A stretch of DNA of 64,000 bases from Mobula hypostoma. Its lineage: Eukaryota. Under the pieces are notes generated by a model, which was not told the DNA's origin, did not search any database, and was given only the letters and a program-made list of their open reading frames with translations. The translations under genes were made by a program, and so were the position numbers. Below, in pieces: positions 1 through 10,983 of this stretch (the first letter of the stretch is position 1; each line of letters opens with the position of its first letter). The stretch is from contig NC_086097.1 of assembly GCF_963921235.1 (NCBI RefSeq), positions 81,346,001-81,410,000 on the forward strand, in the 5' to 3' direction.

Positions 1-240
1 AGAGCAGAGTTGATAGTGGAGGAAGGGAAGCTCCTTTCTTTAAAAAATGAAGACATCTCCCTCGTCCTAGAATGAAAAGCCTCATCCTGAGAGCAGATGC
101 GGCGGAGACGGAGGAATTGCGAGAAGGAGATGGCGTTTTTGCAAGAGACAGGGTGAGAAGAGGAATAGTCCAGATAGCTGTGAGAGTCAGTAGGCTTATA
201 GTAGATATCAGTGGATAAGCTGTCTCCAGAGACAGAGACA
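1..240 (-). mobile_element. Penelope-like element, RT C-terminal/thumb fragment (inverted relative to 241-940)
   Basis: Manual - strand translation is open: VSVSGDSLSTDIYYKPTDSHSYLDYSSSHPVSCKNAISFSQFLRLRRICSQDEAFHSRTREMSSFFKERSFPSSTINSA, with the YxKPT...YLxxxSxHP...SQxLRxRRIC motifs of Penelope RT. Confidence 0.88.
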
Positions 241-940
241 GACACCTGTGAGTCGACTGGGGTGATATACTGCATTCGGTGCTCCCGATGTGGCCTTTTA
301 TATATTGGTGAGACCCGACGCAGACTGGGAGACCGCTTTGCTGAACATCTACACTCTGTCCGCCAGAGAAAGCAGGATCTCCCAGTGGCCACACATTTTA
401 ATTCCACATCCCATTCCCATTCTGACATGTCTATCCACGGCCTTCTCTACTGTAAAGATGAAGCCACACTCAGGTTGGAGGAACAACACCTTATATTCCG
501 TCTGGGTAGCCTCCAACCTGATGGCATGAACATTGACTTCTCTAACTTCCGCTAGGCCCCACCTCCCCCTCGTACCCCAGCTGTTACTCCTTTTTATGCA
601 CACATTCTTTCTCTCACTCTCCTTTTTCTCCCTCTGTCCCTCTGAATATACCTCTTGCCCATCCTCTGGGTCACCCCCCCCCGTCTTTCTCCCTAGGCCT
701 CCTGTCCCATGATCCTCTCGTATCCCCTTTTGCCTATCACCTGTCCAGCTCTCGGCTCTATCCCTCCCCCTCCTGTCTTCTCCTATCATTTTGCATCTCC
801 CCCTCCCCCTCCAGCTTTCAAATCCCTTACTCACTCTTCCTTCAGTTAGTCCTGACGAAGGGTCTCGGCCTGAAACGTCGACTGCGCCTCTTCCTATAGA
901 TGCTGCTTGGCCTGCTGCGTTCACCAGCAACTTTGATGTA
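241..940 (+). mobile_element. Penelope-like element 3' end: GIY-YIG endonuclease (ORF to 555) plus pyrimidine-rich pLTR/3' region
   Basis: ORF 211-555 contains GVIYCIRCSRCGLLYIGETRRRLGDRFAEH...VATHF...GMNIDF (GIY-YIG); followed by a CT-rich tract and a hammerhead-core motif. Confidence 0.92.
847..884 (+). ncRNA. Minimal type I hammerhead ribozyme in Penelope pLTR
   Basis: AGTC(848-851)-CTGACGA(852-858)-AGG..CCT stem II(859-871)-GAAAC(872-876)-GTC(877-879)-GACT(880-883): complete catalytic core, stem I AGTC/GACT, vestigial stem III. Confidence 0.75.
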
Positions 941-1206
941 TGTAACTACATTATAATCCAGTTTGCTGATGTAGGTGACAAACAACAACAGACCCAGCAC
1001 TGATCGCTGAAGCACTCCACTGGTCACAGGATTCCAGTCAGAGAAGCAACCATCTGCTGCCATTCTCATGTTTCTCCTGTAAAGCCAATGTCTAATCTAA
1101 TTAACTCCTCATCTTGAATATCAAACGACTCAACCTTCTTGACCAACCTGCCATTCAGGGCCTTGCTAAAGTCCCTGCAGACAACATCCACTTTCCTGGT
1201 AACTTC

Positions 1207-2273
1207 TGTTACGTACCCCGTAACTGGGTTGCCAAACCAGCAGAAATGGATCACTCAGTTGGAGTCTGGATTACTAGAACTAAGAAAGTTTTATTAAAGA
1301 AACAAGCAACACCGTAATCGAAAGGATAATAAATGCAACAGTTCAGCAATGATAAACATACATGTGCACAGAATTAAGATAACAGCATCAATCAAGCTCT
1401 ATCGTTGTCTAGGGGTAAATGACCAATTTCAAAGTGACACAAAGTTCAGTCCAATTTAGTTCAGTTCGCAGTAATCGTTGCCATGGCGATGGACAACGTG
1501 GGGGGAGGGAGAGAGAGAACAGGAACGACTGATCATTCAGAACGGCTTCCACTCACAGACCGGCGATATTGCTCACAAGCAGCTTTTGGGCGGGTCCTTT
1601 GTGATGTCACCTGAGGTCACCGACTGTGACCCCTCCTCCAGATGCGGTCGATCCTCTGCAGTGAACCCGGCACCCAGGCAAGGGCGGACACACACCGGGT
1701 TCTCGCTGATCGTACCTTTCCACCCTGTGCGTTTAAGGCTGATCCCCCGATCAGCCGTCCAAGAGCTTCCCACCGACTTGTCAGAGGCGCACCGCTTCCA
1801 GGGTCTCGTTACCTCGGGTGTCATGTGTGTCCTGCCTTAGCGAACCTGTCCCTTTTTATCCCCCTGCTGGGGTATCACCTGTCCATCACTTCAAACAGTT
1901 CAGGGTTCAAAGGGGGAGCCGCTCTAGACAGCTCTCTCTCTCCCGTCCCTTCATTACACATCTCCAGATCGCCGGTCCATCACTTCGAACAGTTCAGGGT
2001 TCAAAGGGGGAGCCGCTCTAGACAGCTCTCTCTCCCGTCCCTTCATTACACATCTCCAGATCGCCGGTCCATCACTTCGAACAGTTCAGGGTTCAAAGGG
2101 GGAGCCGCTCTTGACAATACCCAGACTGATGGCTCCTTCATTAACATCTCCAAATGCTGCTTCATTGTTCCTTATCTCTCCTTCCCACGAGGACAGGTGG
2201 CAGACCAACTGCTGATGCCACTGATGCTAGCCCAGGCCAGCAAACATCTTAATTTATGTGTATTCTAGTCACA
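1207..2273 (-). mobile_element. Solo LTR (TG...CA, 4-bp TSD CTTC)
   Basis: Starts TGTTAC at 1207, ends GTCACA at 2273; CTTC at 1203-1206 and 2274-2277; AATAAA on the - strand near 1290; homologous to 53722-54560. Confidence 0.88.
1881..2112. repeat. ~92-94 bp tandem repeat (about 2.5 copies) inside the solo LTR
   Basis: Unit GTCCATCACTTC(A/G)AACAGTTCAGGGTTCAAAGGGGGAGCCGCTCT... starts at 1881, 1975 and 2067. Confidence 0.92.
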
Positions 2274-3224
2274 CTTCCCAAAAACCTCCATGACATGACC
2301 TACCACACCTGAAGCCGTGTTGGCATTTCAATGTGATTAAGCCACTTAATCCAGTTGCCAATCCCGATCCACAATAAACACTTTGGTTTGTCAGAGATTT
2401 CAAACCTGCCATCATTCAAAAACAGAGAAAGGAAGCTACAAATCCCAGCAATCTGTGAAATACTCAGCAGTCAAGCAACACGCGTGTAATCAGAAACAGA
2501 GTTGCAAATTGATGTCTGATGGTGGGTCATCCATTTGAAACATTGTTCCCTTCTCCACAGACGCTGTCTGATCTACTGAACATCTCCAACATTTTCTGGT
2601 TTTGCTGCATCTTTTTGTTTGTTTTGTCAACCTCAACCCCAATGCACGATTCTCCTTAAATCAAAACACATTTCATTCCTCAATCTAAATTGGTTACACA
2701 CATAGATCAGCAGGAACTGTGAGGGCCTTGGGATGGTTGTTCATTGGATAAGCTCACTGTCATCTTTCACAAACCATTTCTTATTCACTTCACGATGTTC
2801 CCTTCTGATTTGCACACACATACCCACTGCATAAGAACTTCATCAAATAAAAACTTTACAAAAGAAAACTGCACTAACTTTTAAGATTTCAAAGTAGAAG
2901 TAGAATTTTTCCCAAAGGCAAGTTACTCAGATAGTGTTTATTACTATTTACCAATTTATTTTCGACAGGAATAATTTTTCACTTCACAGAAAAGTGGTCA
3001 TTCTATGGTTACACTTGCATCACAACTTCTCAACTACCAAAATACAACCAGCTTTTGAGAGACATGATATACAATCTTCTCACCTTGCTACAAAAATTCT
3101 AATCCCACCCCAGAAGCCAATTTTCCATTCTCATCCATGTTCCTGATATGCCTGAGCAAGAACCTAGTCCCGCCGCAATATACTTACCATCACATCAGTC
3201 TACAGTGGATGCAATCTCACTTCA

Positions 3225-4122
3225 CCATACACAAAATGCTGGAGGAACTAAGAAGGTCAGGCCACATCTTAGGAGGGTTATGATGAAGGGACTGAGCCTG
3301 GAATGTCAACTGTTTTTGCCCCATTCCTAGATGCTGCCTGATCTGCTGAGCTCCTCCAGCACATCGTGTGTATTGATCTATGCAAGGAAATGGGAAGTCC
3401 ATGTTTCAGGCTGAATTGCTTCATCGGGATGAAAAAAGGAAAAGGTGGAAGCCAGAAGGAAAAGGTAGGGGAGGGGAAGGAGTACAAACTGCCAGGTGAT
3501 TGATGAGGGGGAAGGTGGGTGGATGGGGAGAGGGGAGGTAGTATGTGAAAATCTCTGAAGTGATAAGTGGAAGAGGTACAGGACTCACAAAAGTAGAATC
3601 TGATAGGAGAGAACAGTGGATTATGTAATAAAGGAAAGAAGGTGAGGAACTGGAGAAAGGTGATGTGTAGGTCATGAGGGCAGAGTTGAAGAGAAGGTGT
3701 GAGAAGACCACCAAACTGGGGGGAGGAACAGAGGGGAGTGATACTTTATAGTCGCCAAACAATTAATACTAGAGCGTACAATCATCAGAGCGATATTTGA
3801 TTCTGTGTTTTGTGCTCCCTGGAGTACAAATCGATTACAATAAGTTAGAGAAATTGATGTCCATGCCATACATTTGGAGACTACACAGACAGAATATGAG
3901 GTGTTGACCTTATTGTGGCAATGGAGGAGACCTTTGGACACACATGTCAGTATGGGAATGGAAAATGAAATTGAAATGGGTGGCCACCAGTAGATATTGC
4001 CTGGTGTGGCAGGTAGAGCGATGGTGTTTGATGAAGTGCCCCTCCACCCCAAAGCTGCTTGAGGCCGCACCAAAACCATCAGATAAATGTCCATAGGTGA
4101 AGTGTCTTTGGAGCATATGCCC
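3225..4122 (-). mobile_element. Degenerate Penelope 3' end (GIY-YIG remnant + pLTR) with palindromic terminal unit at 3225-3375
   Basis: - strand VEGHFIKHHRSTCHTRQYLLVATHFNFIFHSHTDM resembles the 211-555 protein; ACACAAAATGCTGGAGGAACT ... AGCTCCTCCAGCACATCGTGTGT inverted arms. Confidence 0.78.
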
Positions 4123-4124
4123 AA

Positions 4125-4685
4125 ATTATCAATTACAGCTTATCATTCAACACCATCATCCCCTCAGTATTAGCCAATAAGCTTCAGATCCTGGGCTTCT
4201 GTACCTCCCTCTGCAACTGAATCCTCAGCTTACCCATAGGGAGACCACATTCAGTCTGGATCAGTAATGACATCTCCTCACTGTTAATCAACACAGATGC
4301 ACTTCAAAGATGCTCGCTTAGCCCGCTGCTCTACTTTATCTACACTTCACTGTGCAGTTATACATATCTCAAATGCCATCTATGAATTTGCCATTTAAAC
4401 CACTGCTATTGGCAGAGCCTCAGCTGGCAATGAAGAGGCATACAGCAGCAAGTTAAATTGGCTGATCGAGTGGTGTCACAACAACAACCTTTCTCTCAAC
4501 ATCAACAAGACCAAGGAACTGACTGTGAACTTCACAAAGGGCAAGTTGAGAGAACACAAATTGAAGGGTCAGCAGTGGAAAGCGAAAGCAGCTTCAAGTT
4601 CGTGGGCATCAACATCTCAGAAAATCTATCCTAGGTCCAACATATTGAGGCAATCATAAAAAAGGTATGTCAATGGTATCAAAAC
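4125..4685 (+). mobile_element. Rex1/Babar non-LTR retrotransposon RT fragment
   Basis: Degenerate frames give FNTIIP, LSPLLYFIYT and WCHNNNLSLNINKTKELTVNF, the same motifs as in 28505-29790. Confidence 0.8.
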
Positions 4686-4694
4686 AATTATTGA

Positions 4695-4855
4695 GCAACG
4701 CACACAAAAATTGCTGGAGGAACTAAGCAACTCTGGCAGCATCAAGAGAGGAGAATAAACACTTGATGTTTTTGGCCAAGACCCTTCATCAGGACTTCAC
4801 TCCATGCATGCAATCTGATCCAGCATTTTCTGTGTGTTGCTCAAGATTTCCAGGA
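4695..4855. mobile_element. Penelope-derived short palindromic element
   Basis: GAGCAACGCACACAAAAATTGCTGGAGGAAC ... CCAGCATTTTCTGTGTGTTGCTC arms; - strand AGTCCTGATGAAGGGTCTTGGCC hammerhead remnant. Confidence 0.7.
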
Positions 4856-4919
4856 TTCCCTGGGTTTTAAAAAATCTCCCTTTTTTGCAGAAAGTGGGCT
4901 CCACTAGTAGCAATCACTT

Positions 4920-5773
4920 TTTTGTAGTGACAATGATTACATTTGCACGATCTTCTGGTCAAGGTGGTGCCTGTGTACAATGCTCCCTCAGTCGACATTT
5001 TCTGGATAGACCATGAAACTATTTATTTCACTTCTTTTACGTATGTGTTTTCATCTTGACTGTGTTTTTCGAACTGTTAAGAGCCTGTGATTTGCAGTTT
5101 TGAGATCGTGTGGGTGATCTGGAGCTTTGTTGTCTCCAAGAGGATTCTGGGAGGCAGCAAGCCTACGTTTAACTCCATTTCACCGACTACAGCTTCCATT
5201 GTTCACCAGTTGAAGTGTCCAGGGAGATTGAAACAGCGAGGTGAATGAGGAGGCCGAGTGTCACTGCCTACCTTCTAATCACTGGTGGGATTGCTCTGCT
5301 GCCAGAGACGAGAGCCTGTGTGGCCTATCACTGTGCCCAGAAAGTAGACCTCCAAGTCTCTCTCTTTCGAAGATGTTCGGGGATGTTACCGAGATTTTCT
5401 GAGTTTATGGATTTGGACTATATATTTTTCCCCCAGTCTTATAGTTTTCATGTTCTGTGTTTTCACCCATTCTTTCTCGTTTTTGTGTGGAGAGAGAGAG
5501 AGTTGGGGGTCAATAATTTTTGCCTTTTTGTTACCTTTTTGTGTAAGGGGGGTAGATTTGGAGGTCGTTATTCTTGTTATGTTTTACGCAGGGACAGGGG
5601 GATTTGGGGGTTGATGTTCATGTTCTGATCTCTTTTGTGTGTGGCGGAGGTGGGGTTGCTGTTTCTCTCTAAACTGACTTCCATGTTCTTTCTTTGTTTC
5701 ATGACTATCTGGAGAAGAAGAATCTCAGAGTTGCATACAGCATATATACTTTGATAATAAATGAACCTTTGAA
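4920..5773 (+). mobile_element. Probable non-autonomous retroelement with a Rex1-like 3' tail
   Basis: Ends ...CTCAGAGTTGCATACAGCATATATACTTTGATAATAAATGAACCTTTGAA, similar to the Rex1 tails at about 27237-27290 and 29738-29787; no coding capacity; 5' boundary uncertain. Confidence 0.4.
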
Positions 5774-5808
5774 GAAGTGAAAAGCTAAGGGAACAACGCC
5801 AAACTAAC

Positions 5809-5995
5809 CGATGGCAGCGACTGTAAATTTGGAACAATGAGCGGCTGCCCTTTCAACCAGCACCAAGCGACAATTCTCATGCACCAAAGTGACCCAGAGT
5901 TTGGGTATCGCTGCAACAATAGTCTGAACAGCATCGGATGAGCCCGAACCGTTCTCCCTTTTACCATGGGTGAGTACATTCATTGCTCGGTGGTT
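5809..5995 (-). CDS. Candidate internal exon (187 nt) of an unidentified host gene
   Basis: - strand acceptor ...GTTTTTACAG|AAC, donor ATCG|GTTAGT, open frame NHRAMNVLTHGKRENGSGSSDAVQTIVAAIPKLWVTLVHENCRLVLVERAAAHCSKFTVAAI; locally CpG-richer and not repeat-like. Protein not recognised. Confidence 0.4.
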
Positions 5996-6997
5996 CTGTA
6001 AAAACATGACAGCAACTGAATCAGCTATACATGACACTGTGCACCATCTGCATCAGGCAAAGCTTGTGGAAATATCACTGCATTTTAAATCAGGGTTTGC
6101 CTGAAATAACTGATATCAGCTCACAGAAGATCCTTGGAAATGCCACAGCCTGTGCAAACGAACACGCCAAAATAAAAAAAAGACTGCACCAGTCTGGCCT
6201 GGCCATGACCTTAGAAACTCAAGGGTTTAATACGCAGCGGGAATTTACTAAATAAAAGGATTAGAGAATAGAAGTGCAGAGTACTAGTTGCAAGTGTATT
6301 ACAAATTGCCATCTGGTGTAATCTAATTTACCAAAGTCTTCAGATTGATAAACCTGCCAATTATTTAAGATTCTTACAATGACGAACTGTACAAGCTATT
6401 AGGATGTTGAAAAGAATGTCCACTTAAAATTTCGACTCATGTTGACATTTTCCTAAAATTAACAAAAAAAACAGAACTGAGAAATGGATTGGGCTGTATG
6501 CTGGCTTCAGAGAGTTGGTACAGCTTTCAATCCAGTCCCAGTTGATGAGTCCAATCATCTTTCACGAATTGGGTTTGATCAGTTTTGAAATGGGAAGGAG
6601 CTGTCCCACTAAATAGTCTGTATTTGAGCACTGAAAAGCTTGTACTAGATGTGAGAACAAACAAATTGAATTAATGTAGACAGCAGGGCTTCTCCAACAC
6701 AGATAGAAACAAGTTGCTGCAACAGCGAGACAGATTGATTGCACCTTTGATTCATCAAATCTCATCTGAATTCTGGTGCTGGGAGCCTGATAAACTCCGA
6801 GTCCCCATCCCCATCACTCTCTGTGGTAAGCAGAGAGAGAGTAAAAGATAATTAGGAGGCTAAAATATTCAGCTTCTGAAAACAACTAAGAATATTGCGT
6901 TATTCAATAGGATAAAACAGTGATTTTAACTTCTGTACAGATCATTGTCTCTGCAGAAACAAAGATATATTTGTGGGAAATAAAAACAAATCTTAAG

Positions 6998-7112
6998 GGC
7001 ACATGAGATTCTGTAGATGCTGGAAATCTTGAGCAACACACACAAAGAGCTGGAGGAACTCAGCATGTCAGGCAGCATCGATGGAGGGAAATAAAAGTCG
7101 GTGCTTTCAGTT
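6998..7112 (-). mobile_element. Penelope pLTR terminal fragment
   Basis: GATTCTGTAGATGCTGGAAATCTTGAGCAACACACACAAAGAGCTGGAGGAACTCAGC, the same terminal motif as other copies in the window. Confidence 0.65.
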
Positions 7113-7414
7113 ACGGACAATCGAATTCCCTCCTCCTGTTTAGCACCGCCAGGGTGCCACAGACAGTGACTAAGGCTGGGGCTGCTTGCACAGCCAGTAT
7201 CACATCTTGCTACTCATATCAACTGTCAGAGGGATGACTCTGCACTTGGTAAGGATTGCAGACGCGAGAGAGGATTTGGGGGAGTGCCTGCATATTAGAG
7301 AGTTCAAATGCAGTCTGAAGCAGAGAAGCCCTGATGCAGCTTCCCTGCCTGCTCAGTGTAGGATTAATATAGGCATGGTCCTTCTGGTGCTTTATTACAG
7401 CATTTGCATCCATG

Positions 7415-8182
7415 GAACGACCACCCTCCGCTGAACATTGACGACTCCTTCATAGAGGTCATTAAGAACACCAAATTTCTTGGTGTTAACCTGGCAGAGA
7501 ATCTCACCTGGTCCCTCAACACCGGCTCCGTAGCATGCTCCATCTCCCCCCCCCCCCCGCCCCCCCCCATCCTCACCACATTCTACAGAGGTTGTATTGA
7601 GAGCATCCTGAGCAGCTGCATCACTGCCCGGTTCGGGAATTGCACCATCTCGGATCGCAAGACTCTGCAACGGATAGTGAGGTCAGCTGAGATGATCATC
7701 GGGGTCTCTCTTCCCGACATTACAGACAGTTACACTACATGCTGCATCCGTAAAGCAAACAGCATTATGAAGGACCCCACGCACACCTCATACAAACTCT
7801 TCTCCGTCCTGCCATCTGGCAAAAGGCACAGAAGTATCCGGGATCTCACAACCAGACTATGCAATAATTTCTTCCCCCAAGTCATCAGACTCCTCAATAC
7901 CCAGAGCCTGGACTGACGCCAACCTACTGCCCTCTACTGTGCCTATTGTCTTGTTTATTATTTATTGTAATGCCTGCACTGTTTTGAGCACTTTATGCAG
8001 TCCTGGGTAGTTCTGTAGTCTAGTATAGTTTCGTGTTGTTTTTTTATGTAGTTTAGTGTAGTTTTTTTATTGTTCATGTAGCACCATGGTCCTGAAAAAT
8101 GTTGTCTCATTTTTACTGTGTACTGTACCAGCAGTTATGGTTGAAATGACAATAAACAGTGACTTGACTTGACTTGACTTGA
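7415..8182 (+). mobile_element. Rex1/Babar 3' end
   Basis: ORF 7404-7916: KFLGVNLAENLTWSLN...FYRGCIESILSSCIT...LQRIVRSAEMIIG...LPSGKR...NNFFPQVIRLLN; 3' UTR with AATAAA and (GACTT)4 tail. Confidence 0.88.
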
Positions 8183-9643
8183 TGTACATCCAGGCCTTTG
8201 TAAAATACAGCTTTGTTTGTACAAATTAAGATTAAGGCAGTCTTGAAATGAACACCTTTTGAAAGAGTTCACTATGAGATTAGAATTCAACATACCACCA
8301 GATTTCTACATTCACGGCATTAAACATGACAAAAAAAAATCAAGATTTAGAAAAGATGCAGAACTATTACTAGCTTAACTAGACATCAAGTTACGGCAAG
8401 ATACTGCAATCTTTCAGGCAGTTGTGAAGCTTGAAATTGACTATTGTTCTCTGTAATTAGATTCAGGCCATTAAACCACCAGCAATTGTTGAAATCACAA
8501 ACACAGACAGCAACATGCAGCACTGTCCAGTACCTCAGTGAGAAGGTTATTGCACAGGTGTCTGCCCTACAAAGCCTGTCAATACCATTTTACAGAGAAC
8601 TCAACTGCTACAGGGGACATCAATATTATAAATGTCTCTCAGGCATTTAAAGGAATTGTTGCTCTTTTTCGTTATAAAAAACAAGGTCCAGGAACTGCTT
8701 CCTCGACCTAAAAATATCAAATTTACCTTTACATCATTGAGAACATTGAAGGGAATTTTGTTGCTGACAAGAGGTATCACCAACCTCAGGTTGTCAGAGT
8801 TCAGATCAATAAACAAATTAAGTTGAGACTGCATGTCATCAGCCACAGTGGTGACTGCTAGTGCAGAACAAACTGAAAGATGCAGGCAAGTCCATGTTCA
8901 ACCTCCATCATGCACTAGATTTCAGTGAGAATATATGGGCAACCTATGCAAACTCCAAGCGTAGAGCTGGCTAACTGAACTCTGCTGGCACCTCCTTAGC
9001 TGTTTTCCAACTTCATACGTCACGTTACAACAGATTGCATAAACTTGCAGCAATAGCACTCGGGAATTAGCCTGCTGACCTTTACCACATTCGCCCTGAG
9101 AATAACCAGAAAGCCTATTTGTTTGAATTAAAAAGAACAGATGTGAGGGACAAGAACAAGCACAACTTAACATGCATTGCTCAAAATTATTTGATCTTAA
9201 TTAAATGTTCTAAGTTGTTTAAGCACATTCCAAGTGATTTTAATTTCTTCCAAAATATTAATTGACTAAAACTTTATTGCTAAATTTGTTTTTCAATATT
9301 TTTGAATATCAGTAATTTGACAGCTGGAAAGGCCTGAGCCATTTCGTGTGTGAGGCTTGTATCTGAACACCCACACAATGGTGTTGAACAACACCCAACC
9401 ACTGAAAAAAGCTGTTCTATTTGAATCAGAAGGGAAACAGAGAGGAGGATAAAATCTGGAATTACTGCATGTTCGCAGTTGGTACACGTGGAGAGTTTAC
9501 TGCTGGCACCAAGTTCTAGCTGATTGCCACTACAAGTCAATAAGTGCAAGAACAACAATGCTGAGATTACAATTTCACTGAAGTATGTATTCTCAGGAGT
9601 ATTTTCATTGTGAATTTTGTTTTGTTTTCAACTGAAAAATTCA

Positions 9644-9918
9644 GAGCAAGAAGGCTGCGAATGAACGGCTGATTTTCAGAGCGAAGCCAGTTCTTACCAC
9701 TCGGGGTAAAAGAAAGGCAGGTGCGTGATGTCGGCCAGTAGAGCACGAAAGGTTTAAAAAGGCAAGAAACCTTCAACGGTTTTTGATTGGGAGCAAGAAG
9801 GCTGCGAGTGAACGGCTGATTTTCAGAGCGAAGGCAGTTTTTACCACTCGGGGTAAAAGAGAGGCAAGACTGCACAGGCATGTGATGTCAGCCAGTAGAG
9901 CGTGAAAGGTTTAAAAAG
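9644..9918 (+). repeat. Two ~147-bp tandem monomers in the CR1 5' UTR
   Basis: GAGCAAGAAGGCTGCGA.TGAACGGCTGATTTTCAGAGCGAAG...AAAGGTTTAAAAAG starts at 9644 and at 9791. Confidence 0.88.
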
Positions 9919-10048
9919 AAGACCGCCATATCCAGTGGGGAGCAGAGTGAGAAGCAGCAGAGTGATAGGGCTTCGGCTCAATGGGCTTTGGCAGTAACGG
10001 GACGAGGCGAGGTAGGTTTACCTGTGCTATTTGTGGAAAGGAGGAGGT

Positions 10049-10983
10049 ATGTGTATGAGGCCAGTTTTCTGTGCTCGGTATCAAATGTGGGAGATCCTGG
10101 AGTCTCCCAGCCTCCCGACGGCCATATCTGCACCAGGTGTGTCGAGCTGCAGCTCCTGAGAGACCGAGTTAGGGAACTGGAGATGCAGCTCGATGACTTT
10201 CACCTGGTCAAGGAGAGCGAGGAGGTGATAGAAAGGAGTTATAGGCAGATGGTCACACCGGGGCCACGGCAGACAGACAAGTGGGTCACAGTCAGGAGGG
10301 GGAAGGGGAAGAATCAGGTACTAGACAGTACCCCTGTGGCTGTACCCCTTGACAGTAAGTACTCCTGTTTGAGTACTGTGGGGGTGGACAGCCTACCTGG
10401 GGGAAGTGACAGTGGCCATGCCCCTGGCACAGACTCTGGCCCTATGGCTCAGAAGGGTAGGGAAAGGAAGAGGAAGGCATTAGTGATAGGGGACTATATA
10501 ATTAGGGGGTCAGACAGGCAATTCTGCGGATGCAGGAAAGAAACTCGGATGGTAGTTTGCCTCCCAGGTGCCAGGGTCCGGAATGTTTCATATCGCATCC
10601 AAGATATCCTGCAGTGGGAGGGAAAACAGCCAGAGGTCGTGGTACATATTGGTACCAATGACATAGGTAGGAAAAGAGAAGAGGTCCTGAAAAAAGTCTA
10701 CAGGGAGTTAGGAAGGAAGTTGAGAAGCAGGACCGCAAAGGCAGTAATCTCAGGATTACTGCCTGTGCCAAACGACAGTGAGAATGGTAATAGAATGAGG
10801 TGGAGGATAAATGCGTGGCTGAGGGATTGAACCAGGGGGCAGGGATTCAGATTTCTGGATTATTAGGACCTCTTTTGGAGCAGGTATGACCTGTAGAAAA
10901 ATGACGGGTTGCACGTGAATCCCAGACGGACCAATATCCTGACAGGGAAGTTTGCTAAGACTACTGGGAAGAGTTTAAACTAG
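10049..10983 (+). pseudogene. CR1 ORF1 (zinc finger/leucine zipper + SGNH/GDSL esterase), disrupted
   Basis: HICTRCVELQLLRDRVRELEMQL, VIGDYIIRG, CLPGA, VVHIGTNDI, DGLHVN; internal stops at 10828, 10864, 10894; terminal TAG 10981-10983. Confidence 0.9.

Larger units (their letters stand above)
945..2335 (-). mobile_element. Old CR1 RT fragment, interrupted by a solo LTR
   Basis: - strand pieces encode VDVVCRDFSKA and PVTSGVLQRSVLGLLLFVTYI (RT motifs); the element resumes after 2273 with a QHGF-encoding stretch. Confidence 0.75.

Noticed and set aside
349..930. 193-aa - strand ORF
   Set aside because: Antisense to the Penelope GIY-YIG and CT-rich tract; low-complexity G/R/E composition.
1881..2112. 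CRISPR-like periodicity
   Set aside because: Whole units are duplicated with no unique spacers; eukaryotic LTR context; no cas genes.
1642..2268. 208-aa ORF with internal repeats
   Set aside because: Lies within a solo LTR and is lengthened by the 93-bp tandem repeat.
5960..5976. Strong + strand donor-like site CATGG|GTGAGT
   Set aside because: All three + frames in the preceding ~180 nt contain stops and no clear acceptor was found.
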